In this document: positions 12,558 through 24,500 of the stretch, piece by piece
Layout: every line of letters begins with the position of its first letter
Numbering within the stretch: the stretch's first letter is position 1
From: Macrostomum lignano
Taxonomy: Eukaryota
Assembly: GCA_002269645.1 (NCBI GenBank)
Contig: NIVC01000414.1
Location: 560,595 to 624,594, forward strand
Reading direction: 5' to 3'
DNA: 64,000 nt
Notes under the pieces: model-generated
What the model saw: the letters and a program-made list of their open reading frames with translations, nothing else
What the model was told of the DNA's origin: nothing
Database searches by the model: none
Position numbers and translations under genes: made by a program

Positions 12558-15500
12558 ATGGCGGGCCGCAAGCCCACCAAGAATGAGATGACGGCCAACC
12601 TGCTGGGCGGCCTGGGCCTGAACTCTCAGCAGCAGATCGAAGAGGGCCTCTACGGCCGAGTTGAAGAGGACGCGGACCTTGAGGCCGAGCTGAACGACCT
12701 GCTCGGCGGTGGTAACAGCTCCACGCCGTCGCCAGAGAAGCGCCGAGCACCTGCTGCCGCCGCCGCCGCCGCGAAGGCCAAGACGCGGCCCCTGGCTGCC
12801 GCTGCCGATGACGATCTGCCGGACGATGATGACATCGACGTTGATGAGAATGATCCCGAACTGCTTAATGAGCTTCAGGTAGGGGTTGTGGAATAATTCG
12901 AGTGCGCGTTGGATTGAGTAGAGACAGATCACCACCCCTCAATTTCTCTCTGTCAACTACACAAGTACAAGTCGGCAGCCAATGCTGTGGCTCAATAATC
13001 ATGTCTGCATACATTTTCAATAGAGCTTCGTCATCACACGAGTGGAACTCCTCCTTCGGAGGAGAAAGGGGATTAGGGGAAGAACTCCCATTACCGGAAT
13101 TATATGCCCTGAAATCCATCAGCTGAAATTCCATGACTTAAATCCCATCTTCCAAATCGTCTCCAATTCCTATACAAAACGTTTTCAAATACCATATCTT
13201 AATTTCCCTGTTTGCTCCAGACCCAGCCTCCTGTCTGCTCTCTCCTCTTTGCTCTCTCATCTCTTGTCTCTCATCTCTCATCTCTCCTCTCTGCGCTCTC
13301 ATCTTTATCCTATTCTTTCTCCTCATTACTTTCTCCTCTCGTCTCTTTCCTCTCTTCTCTCTCCTCTCTCCTATTTCCTCTGTACTCTTTTATCCCTCCT
13401 CTCATCTCTCCTGTCTCCTCTCTGCTATCTCTCATCTCATTTCTCCTGCTCTCTCGTTTCTTCCCTCTACTCTCTATTCTCTCCTCTTCTCTTCTCTCTC
13501 CCTCTTCATTCCCACCTCACTCCCCTCTTCTCTCCCATCTGTCATCTCTAATCTCTTTACTCTCTTTTCTATCATCTCTCCTCTTTTCTGTTTTTACTTC
13601 TCTCTACTCTCTTATCTAGCTAACTGAAGGTGCTCGACAATAAAACCAATTGAAATTTGTTACCCGCCTCCTCCATTACTGAAATTACTGAAATAATAAC
13701 TTGAATGGGCGTATGCAAACCCCCCCCCCAACTTTATCTCTGACCTATCACAAAAATGACTACAATCATTACAATCAAATTTTCTTCATGAAACTAAAAT
13801 CCATCAAAAATCCTCTCAGTGAAACCGTAAAAATCATCGAGATCCTCTCCGTTAAACCGAACTCCATCAAATTTTCTTAATGAAACTGATTTTCATTAAA
13901 AATATCCTCCGTTAAACAACTATCTAATTATATCAATATCATTTCCGTCAATCAAGACTGTTAAATTGAAATCAATAAAAAGATGCATGCTTTCTACTTT
14001 TAAAGTAACGGTTATGATAGTCTGTGGGAAAAATCCATGGAGGAAAGAATAGAATGGAGTGCTAATCTGAGCCAGTTATTTTTTATCTCGTTCGATCTGA
14101 ACTTTTAACATCCCTTTCCCCCCGTTCTTTCCTATTGGCTCGTGACTGCCATAGACAAAGTATTTTTCGTCTCGTTTTCGTTTTCGTTCCCCTCTGAAAG
14201 GTCTGTCCCAGCATAGTATGAGCTCGCATCAAAATATGCTTTCAGCCAATAGGAAGGAACGGGGGGAAAGGGATGTTAAAAGCGAAAATCGAGCGAGATA
14301 AAAATAACTGGCTCAGATTAGCACTCCATTCTATTCTTTCCTCCATGGAAAAATCATGGTAGACAGACATCCACTGGAGAGGCAGAGGGGCCAAAGATGG
14401 TTATTGAGGGTCAAAAAAGTCTAGGAGTTCAATTGCACTCAATTTAAGAATTTGAAGTGAGCATGGCCACATTGGCTGCAAGTGGCGGCTGGCAGAGATG
14501 TCTATGGTAAAAAATGGGGTCTCGCTGTGGGCCGAAACCGTTTTAGCGTTCAGTTTGAGAACCATAGACTTTGCCTTTGTTCATGTTAGAGACCTTTCAT
14601 CTTTGATCGCTGTTCGATCCTTCCTGCGATCTGTCTGTCAGTTAAATTGTTATTTCAACTCAGCGCGATCTTAAATTGAACGCAAGTTTTCTGAACTTGA
14701 ACGCAAAAAGCTATAGTAAGATAGAGAACTTGATAAATCAACAGAATCCGAAACAGATGTCAATCTTAAGGCGGCACTTTGTAATGCTTTAGGACACATC
14801 GAGACATGTTGATACGCAGTAGGGCACATTCAGTCCTTGGACCCCCCCCCCCAGTCCTTGGACTACTTGGCCAATATAAACAAATTAACCAGAGTGACAC
14901 AGCTTGTACTTCTGGGACACCCTTCGTATATTTCATGCCACAGGCCTACCTGGGCGGTAGTTCGCCATCACCCGGCCGCTCGCCTTCAAAGTCGCCCCAG
15001 CCACCGCCACCGCCGCGGCAGCCTTCGCCGCCGAAGCCGGACCTGTCCGCTCTGATTTCCGAACGCCTCGCCGGCTACCAGCGCCTGCTGGCCGCCACCG
15101 AAGACCCGTCGAAACGACGCCGGTTGGAGCGCAACGTGCAGACGTTGAACTCAGCCATGACTGATGCTCGCAGCGGTCGCCCTGTTGACGTGGACTCGCT
15201 GCCGCCCCAGCCTCCGAAGCCCCCGCAGCCGTCTCAGCCGCAGTCTCAGGCGGCCAAAGTGCAGCAGGCGGTGCTGGATTATGTCAACCCGGGCCCGGCG
15301 GCGCCGCCTGCCGCTTCAACTGGCGTGGGCGGCCCGAAGATGGTGGCCCTGCTTGAGCAGCGGTCTCGCGAGTACCGCGCGGCCGCCGCTGCCGCAAAAT
15401 CCGCTGGCCAGACCGAGGAGGCGCTCGAGCTGCTCCGCGTGCACCGCCAGTTCGACGAGGCGGTCAAGGCCGTTCAAGGCGGCGAAACTGTCGATCCCGA

Positions 15501-18500
15501 CGACGTGCCCGGACCTCCGCCGCCGCTGACACCGAAGCCACCGGCCCCTCAAGCAGCTCAGCCGCCTCAGCAGCAGCAACAGCAGCAACCGGCTGCTCAA
15601 CCTGCGGCAGCGAAACCCAGCGCCTCTGGCGGAGGCCTCGCCGGGGAGCTGGCGGCCCGCCAGGCGGCCTACAAGCAGCTGCAGACGAAGGCGCAGGAGG
15701 CCGGCGACTCCGGCAAGGCCCGGCGCATGGGCCGCATTCTGTCGCAGTACGCTGAGGCTGTCGCAGCCGTGCGAGCGGGCGGTCCGACTGCCGCAGGCTA
15801 CGACTTCTCCTCTCTGCCGCCTCCGCCTGGCTTTGGCCCGCTGCCAGCCGCCGCTCCGGCTGCTGCCGCAAAATCTGCCGGATCGTCTGGAGCGTCTGCT
15901 GGCGCCGCTGCCGCCGCAGCAGCAACAGCCATGGGCGGCAAGGCGGGCGCCCAGCTGCGGGTGCTGATGCAGCGACAGCAGCAGTATAAACTGGCCGCTG
16001 TGCAGGTGAGAGCCTGGTCTACAGTATTGGTGTACTTTTATGTGCTCAGGCATGCTCAGGGCTAGTTATAGTTAGAGGCAGGGGGCTTGACGCACCCTGG
16101 CGCACTTTAAGTGGCGTTGCCTCACAACCGGCGAGAGGCATTGCTGCCCATTCTGGCCGACTCCCCTGAGCAGGCACACAAGCGCGCGGATGCGTACGCA
16201 GTCATACGCACAGGCACACACTGTCACACAGGAGTGTACAGCGGCCCTAACTTTTCTTAATCGTTATAGACATGTAGACTTCACTGAGCCTTGGGGTTGG
16301 CCCTCAAGGACATCCATTTTCACGCGCAGAGCCAAGCCGAGATTCTAATTTAGCTTCATATTAATGTGACTGCACTTGGAATCGAGCCTGGGCCGTTGGC
16401 ACATACGCTTACAACAAGTCTCTATTCAGCCCTGCTTTCTTACAGCCTGTATGTAGAATCCACCTGGAATCTGTAGCGACTCTACAGCAAGTGAAACCCG
16501 TTGCGTATTACTATCAGTAGCAAAATTGGTTTCAGGCTAAGCGAACTGGCGACATGGCCACCGCCAAGCGAATGCTGGGCTACGCCAGAGGCTGCGAACC
16601 GATGCTGCAGGCTGCTCAAGCTGGCCTGCCTGTTGACCTGGCTCAGCTGCCTCCTCTGCCTGGCGAATCTGCCGCACCGGCTGCCGCTGCCGCCGCCCCC
16701 GCCGCTGCGCCATCCGCTGCTGTCATCTGCGAAGTGTCCGAGCTGCCCAAGGAACTGCAGGGCAACGCTTTGAAAGATCCCGAGGCGGTGTACGACGCGC
16801 TGGAGAAGACACTCAAGGTATCGCGTCGCTTTTGTACTTGTTATGCAGGCCTGAAGCTTGCAACCTCTGCTTTGAAAAGACTCAATGCACCCTTGACCTT
16901 CTCTCCTTTGTCCTCTGGCATTTGATTCTGTTTTAGGCATCCACTTCCTGATTTATTATTCGCAAAAGTGATACTCCTATTTCTCTCTTTCTCTCACCCT
17001 CCCCTGTCCCCTCCCCTCTCGCCTTCTCCTCTCACCCTCCCCTGTCTCTTCCCCTCTCCTCTCACCCTCCCCTGTCCCCTCCCCTCTCCTCTCATCCTCC
17101 CCTCTCGCCTTCTCCTCTCCTCTCACCCTCCCCTGTCCACTCCCCTCTCCTCTCACCCTCCCCTGTCCACTCCCCTCTCCTCTCCATCCCCTGTCTCTTC
17201 CCCTCTCCTCTCACCCTCCCCTGTCCCCTCCCCTCTCCTCTCCATCCCCTGTCTCCTCCCCTCTCTTCTCACCCTCCCCTGTCTCTTCCCCTCTCCTCTC
17301 ACCCTCCCCTGTCCCCTCCCCTCTCCTCTTCATCCCCTGTCTCCTCCCCTCTCCTCTCACCCTCCCCTGTCCCCTCCCCTCTCCTCTCCATCCCCTGTCT
17401 CCTCCCCTCTCTTCTCACCCTCCCTCTCACCTTCTCCTCTCACCCTCCCCTGTCTCTTCCCCTCTCCTCTCACCCTCCCCTGTCCCCTCCCCTCTCCTCT
17501 TCATCCCCTGTCTCCTCCCCTCTCCTCTCACCCTCCCCTGTCCCTCCCCTCTCCTCTAATCCTCTCCTCTCGCCCTCTCTTCTCTCACTCTCTCTCTCGT
17601 CTCCCCATTAAAAGTATCGTCTTACCGCAACAAGAATCGCTAAAGAGCCATTTCTCAAGTAGAATAAATCGAGTTGTTATAAATGCGAAATGCGATTCTA
17701 ATTCAATAAAGTGACGTCTCAAATACCAATCAGATACGTCCTCAAAAGTCGTTATAGAAACGTCTCAGACAGAGTCTCAGACAAGAGTCTCAGACAATAA
17801 ACAGTTTCTCAAATTGGCACCAAGTGTCGTTTAAATTAAGTCACTTCTTTCGTATTTTACCTGTGCTACCTGCAACGACTCTGAAGTGACTCTGGGACGC
17901 CCGCCCCCTCCCCCCGCAGGAGAAGCTGGCCCTGGCCGAGGAGAACGCCAGGCGCTTCAAATCCATGGGCCAAATCGCCACTGCTGACCGCTGGGCGAAG
18001 CTGGGCCGCAGCGCCACCGCAGATCTGGACTACCTGCTGGGCCAGCGCCGGCTGAAGCGGCCGCCGCCGAAGTTCAACTTCATCTGGCAGAGTGTCAGCG
18101 CAGTCAGGTGCAACCCGGATCTGGGGGAGAACACGCTTGAAGTAAAAGTGCTCAATGGCATCAGCCTGCCGCTGCCTGAAGGCTTTAAGGAGTCAGATCT
18201 GGAGACTCAGGTAAGGTATTGCTCCTCAATGGCCATACCCTCCTCACCAACTCACCTGCAGGTTTGCCATCCCCATCTCACCTGCCGGTTTGCCATCCCC
18301 ATCTCACCTGCCGGTTTTCCATCCCCATCTCACCTGCTGGTTTTCCATCCCCATCTCACCTGCCGGTTTGCCATCCCCATCTCACCTGCTGGTTTGCCAT
18401 CCCCATCTCACCTGCTGGTTTGCCATCCCCATCTCACCTGCTGGTTTTCCATCCCCATCTCACCTGCCGGTTTGCCATCCCCATCTCACCTGCTGGTTTG

Positions 18501-21500
18501 CCATCCCCATCTCACCTGCTGGTTTTCCATCCCCATCTCACCTGTAGGTTTGCCATCCCCATCTCACCTGTAGGTTTGCCATCCCATCTCACCTGCTGGT
18601 TTGCCATCCCCATCTCACCTGTAGGTTTGCCATCCCCATCTCACCTGCTGGTTTTCCATCCCCATCTCACCTGCCGGTTTGCCATCCCCATCTCACCTGT
18701 AGGTTTGCCATCCCATCTCACCTGCTGGTTTGCCATCCCCATCTCACCTGCTGGTTTGCCATCCCCATCTCACCTGCTGGTTTTCCATCCCCATCTCACC
18801 TGCTGGTTTGATATCCCCATCTCACCTGCTGGTTTGCCATCCCCATCTCACCTGCCGGTTTGCCATCCCCATCTCACCTGTAGGTTTGCCATCCCCATCC
18901 CACTTGCTTGTCCAAGATCCTGTGTAACCTGATCCCCTATTCAATGCAGATTCCACCAACCCCCGCAGGTGAAAATCGAGCTGCCAATCAGCACGGAGTC
19001 GCCGCTGACGCAGAGCACGGGCTGGGTGAAGGCCAGCGCCAATCCCAGCTACGATTTTGCCACCCGCTTCGAGGTGAACCGCAAAGCGCGTAGCACCGCC
19101 CGGGTGTTCAAAACTCGCGGATTGAAATTCGATGTCATGTACCGGCGCGGCTTTCTGAAGAAGGACGGCCTGCTGGGGTCGGCCACAATGAAGCTGGAGG
19201 ACCTGGAGACCCAGTGCACCTTGCACCGGGGTATTGATCTCATGGATGGCAGAAAGGCGGTTGGCGGCCGGCTTGAGGTTCAGGTGCGACTGCGCGAGCC
19301 GCTGTCCGGAGCCCAGACTGACCAGGTGAGTCGTTTGCATGAGACATTGAAATAAATTTTACTTAATAGAGCTTTCACAAGATATATAGAGGCTTTGACA
19401 GAGTTGCTTATTGGAAGCTCGCAGCCTAGTGGTTAAAGCGTCGGACTTACGACTTGAAAGATCCGAGGTTCTATTCTCGATCCCACTGGAACAATTCGTG
19501 TCTTTGAGCAAGCAAAGACCACTTAAATCTCTGCATTGCTTCAGTTTACCCAGCAGTAAAATGGGTGGCAGCATTCGCTGGGGTAATTGGGGGTGTGTGG
19601 TGACCCCCCCCCCCCTCCAGTCCTTGGACTGAACAGCCGTACGCAGCCTTCAGATGCGCTAAGCTGTCGGTTGCACATCTGCTTTTAGGCCAGGTGTAAT
19701 CAATTATTGTATATTGTCAAATATTCAAACATTATATTTTCGAATTGAGCCTCGGAAAACCGGCAATTTAACACTTAGTGAGGGAACCAAGCCATTGCAG
19801 ACTTGCTGCTTATTGTCTATGGCCCAAATGGAGGTCTGTGGAGCGGCCATAGAGTGGTCTAGCGCGACGCTCTGATGTGCCAGGAGCCCAGGCTCGATTC
19901 CGAATGCAGTCAAATTAATTTGGAGCAAAAATCGGAATCTCGGCTTGGCTCTGCTCGGGCAATTAACGCCCTTGATTACCAAGTTAGGGCCGCTGTGCAC
20001 TCCTATCTGAGTGTGTGCCTGTGCGTATGACTGCGCACTTATCCGCGCGTTTGTGTGCCTGCTCAGGGGAGTCGGCAGAATGAGCAGCAATGCCCCTCGT
20101 CGGTTGTGCGACAATTTCGCTTGAAGTGCGCCAAGGTGCACACAGCCCCCTTCCTTTAGTAAAAGCCACTGCTATGCTCACTGAATCCTTCGTATCCGTG
20201 TTTGTCTGATGAGACCTGCTATTTCCTATGGGTCGAAAGCTTGCGCAACCGTTGAAATGATTGATTTCGACCACAATTCCCCCTCTTTGGGCCAGGGACA
20301 ATGAACAGTCAGTCTCTTCAATAGCTTGATCCCACTAATGATTGAGCGTCTTGCTCCAGGCATTTTATTTAACGCACTCTTCTTCCGACAGAAAGAATGA
20401 GACAAGAAAAACACGAAAAAGTTATTTGTTGCTGTTGACAGTTGAAGTTCAAATTCTGGGAACTATTAGCTTTATTTTAAACTTTGCTTTTTTGAAAGGA
20501 ATTATAATAGAGACCTCAAAATTTAAAAAGAAAATAATTTTGAAAAATTAAAACTTTGCGGATTTAGCTCCTATTTTAAAAAATTGATAAAAAATATTTT
20601 CTGGGCAACTGTTGCATGTCTGTGTGAAGAACAATTTCTGTTTTATCGACCAGTTTGTTTTTGTCAAGTTCCTTGATAAACTCGCGACTTATTGAACGAA
20701 ATCTCGAGCTGCTTGCTGCAGAGTCGCCGATTCGGGCACTCAGGCCAGCTGTAGCATGAGTCGAATGCTCTTCAGTGTAAACACACTGCCACCTGTGGCA
20801 CCTGTCCAGTAAATATAGTTTAAATTATTATTCACTGGAGAGGCGTGATAAATTCCGTTCGGGTTGGACTTTGTGCAGCTTTTAAACCACCAACCGGAGT
20901 TGCCACGCGCAGCAGAGCAGGAGCTACTGATTTGGTTATTGTCGCGGTCAATTGTGGAGAACTGCTTCCCTTTGTTATCCGCAAGCGAGTCGGTGGTCGT
21001 GTTGGAGCTGCCGCTCAGGTACAAAGTGTAGGTCATGGTATAGTTCGTGCTGGCATCGGCCACCGTGAAGCCGGAGTACTCGCAGACGTACAGCTCATCC
21101 GACCAGGTGACGGCCTCGACTCGCAGAAGCTTCGGCGAGCTTCCGGTCAGCTGGTGAATTTTTCTCAGACCTGAAAATGTATTTGATATGACACCTTAAC
21201 TATGGCATGTATTCCTTTCTGGTGACAATCCATTACTGCTCACCAATCCAGAAGTCGGTCTCATCTCCAAAGCCGTCCTCATACTCAGTCCATCCGCGAC
21301 CGAAGCTGAGCAGTCCCTTCGATCGGTGTTGAATGATTTTGAATGTTCGGCCTTCGATTTGAACTGGGTCTTCTGAAAAATAATCGCAATCAATTCTCTG
21401 TTGTCATTGAATTCTTTTCGAACTCATTCGTTAGTTGCCGACAGAGAATAGCTGTAATATATTGAGCAGTCTACATGTAACTGTGCTCAAAAATATAACT

Positions 21501-24500
21501 TTTGGTTGGTACACTCATTTTAAGTTGCTATTAAGTATTCTAAAATATCACAGTTGTGGCGGATAATGACATACACGTACTCTTAGTAAGGTGAACATTA
21601 ATCAACATATGGTTGCTAAGTTTGTGCACAAATTAACAGCTACATGTATTTTCTGTTTGGAAAACGATTGGTCTCAAGTGATTTGGTTAAATAAGCAAAG
21701 TAAAGCGTAGCCAAACTTAACAGCCATCGCATTCAACTTCTTACGAGTGCTCGCAGCTTGCTTTCGGACAGCTACTCCGTCAGGAAAGTCGGCATTAGTT
21801 GTGTCCGCGAGGAGGCATTGTTGAGTCCCAGGCACAAAGGCGGCAGCTGAGCAGCCCTTCAGAAATTGCAGCTTGCATTTCAGCACGCACTCGGTCAGGC
21901 TGCCACCAGACGCTACCGTCGTTTGAGTAGATGTTGTCTGGGTAGCCTCATCAGTGAAGAAAACTGCAGAGAAACAGTTTGCGCATCAACTTGACATGTA
22001 CGAGTATTGATCAAAGATATACGAGTTCTGAAAGAAGACAGTCTTATCTGTTAATGCAACGTACCAGTCTCGGCGCTGACAACAGTCAGCAGGCACAGGG
22101 AGAATCCAACAGCTAGTAGGAATCGAGACATGCTGTCGAATTCGCTTAGCACGAGCGGTTCAACTCCGTCCCTATTCTCACCATCGTAGGTTCTTTTTTA
22201 TTTGCGTGACAAAAACTTTCCCATGGTTACTCGGGACTGCGGGGCGGGGCGCATGCGAGGCTGAGCGCGGGTTAGGCTTTGAGTGACGGTTAGTAAAAGA
22301 CAATGCGCCAACCAGCTGCTCCCCTTCTTGACTTGTTTCTTGCCCTCACGGTTAACGCATCCCCATGGCTCTGCCTCTCCATCTGTTTTTTTCGCATTTC
22401 TCGAAGTCGTCAGTTCTGCATGACTGCCCTACTGGAGTGGATTTCATGAGAAAACTACAAGTGACAAGCGACAATTTGACAAGTGACAAGTGACGAGGGA
22501 CAAATTGTAGCTTTTTCGGATTCATGAAGCTTTTAGGAAACGATTGACAATTTTCAAAAGTGCTCGCTCGAAACTCATGTCTATGGGCCGAAATGTGTAG
22601 ATCTTATCGCCCAGTCAAGGAATTCTAAATCTAGCAACTGGAATAAAAACTGAAATATCAGCTATACAAGATGAGGCCAAGATTAGAGATCGCAAGCGTG
22701 CGATGTAAACACAGAGTATTCAAAAAGAAGGATCGTATTTCAAAGTATACTTCCGAAACAATGACAAAAGCAGAGGAATGAAACGCGACATAAGAAGACG
22801 TTGAAATTATATCAATTTCTAGATGTAACACAAGTAGGCACAGGAGTATGTCAAGCAAGCAAAGCAAGAATAGATGGCTTATAAACTGTATTGAGAAAAT
22901 GCATCGAAGAGCAAACAAAAAGAAATAAAAACTGTAAGCACAATTCAGAAATGTCTGGCAAGCAGAGAAAGAATACAGCAATAAAGCTAAATGAATCTCA
23001 CTTTTGCCAGGCCAGTTACGCCAGTCTGGCTATACGCAAAATTGTTAGTGGGCACCACGCATCAAAATCAATGCTTCCCACCTGTGAGTTTTTGCAGTTT
23101 CGTAAACTTCCTCTTCAATGTTTTGTTTGTCTCAGCTTGATTAATCTGTTTTGTTAGCATCTTGGACATGCAATTGAAAAAACCTGTTGATTATCTCGCG
23201 GACCATGGCCAGATCAGGGCCAGCGGTGCAGTGTGTCCTACCAAATAGAAAGTCACCATGATCTGTCAGCACGAGGTCCATCACGAGATAAAATGTCTCC
23301 CTTTGATTCAGTGGTGTGATTGGAAAGTTTGCCAAATTTCGCGCCGACTGAAAGTTTTCGCGCCATGCCAATAATATTCTACTGACAGCCAAATAAGTCA
23401 ATTGATGACACTTGTTAAGATGCATAATTTTGCTTTATACTTGTGATTTGTCCAATCCAGATAACAAACAAGCCAGACAACAAACAAACCAGACAACACA
23501 GACAAAAGAAAGATTGCCGCAGAAAGAAAAGTAAGCATTGTGCTGAATATGCATGTTGGCGAATTCACAATTACAAGACACTGTATATGCAAAAAAAATA
23601 AATCAGTTAAAATAGTTTGTTGTATGACGTGAACTTCACAGTCACACATGACGTGCAATTTCCAATTTGCAACAGTTGTCATTAGCAGCATGCGTCTGGC
23701 TACCAATTAGCATGTCTCTCAAGTCCCAGCCGTGTCCCGCCTGAACTTCTTGTTGGCGATGTCTGCAGACAGACGACTGCTCGTGCTGGTGATTGACGAC
23801 GTTGACAGCAGCTCAGCAGCCTTGCGCTTCAAGACGAGCTCAGCTAGCTTCTCTGCCTCCTTCTGCTTCTTCTTCTGCACATTCTGCTGCTGACGCCTCA
23901 GTTCTTCAATCTCGGCGTCCTTGCTCTTGGTGGCCGCCGTCAACTCGTGAAGCAGCTTATGGGAGTCTTCCTTCTCCTTTTGCTTCCGCTGGATGTCCAG
24001 CTCGACCTGCTCCAGCGACTTGTCCAGGTGCGTGTACACTTTTTGCTGGCTTTCTTCTCAGCCTGCAGCTCCGTCACGACACTGGCTTCCAGTTGCTGTG
24101 TTCGTTCCCGCTCGGCAGCAATCTTCTCGTCTTGCAGGCGCTGACGATAAGCAGCACAAGCACTGGCACACATGTTCTACAGCTGTGGAACAATCGGAAT
24201 AGTTGCTGCAGACCACTGCTTCACCTGCAGGCAGGAGTGGGCTACTAGAATCGCCTTCACTGTTTGTGGTGCAAGACTGCAGCGCTTCTTCGTGACAGCA
24301 TCACTTAGACTGCTGAACACGCGTTCCACATCTGCGTTGCCATGAGGCAGAACAAGCAACGCTTGGACCAGACGCAATAGGAGAGGACGACTTCTGTCCG
24401 TGTCAGCGGCAATGTAACTCCAGAAGTCTGTCACAGTCATGTCCATGGCTGTGCCTGTGCCTGGTGTCTCCTTCAGGTGAAGTTGGTGAAGGCGCGCCTC

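Noticed and set aside
11446-12935. 371-457 aa IKNRPYP/QESPLP ORFs
   Set aside because: Minisatellite artefact; only 12558-12878 has CC2D1-like coding character
16968-17714. 248-aa Pro/Ser/Leu ORF
   Set aside because: CT low-complexity intron sequence
20060-20140. HDV-like ribozyme in the SINE-B body
   Set aside because: Could not build the P1/P3 nested pseudoknot by eye
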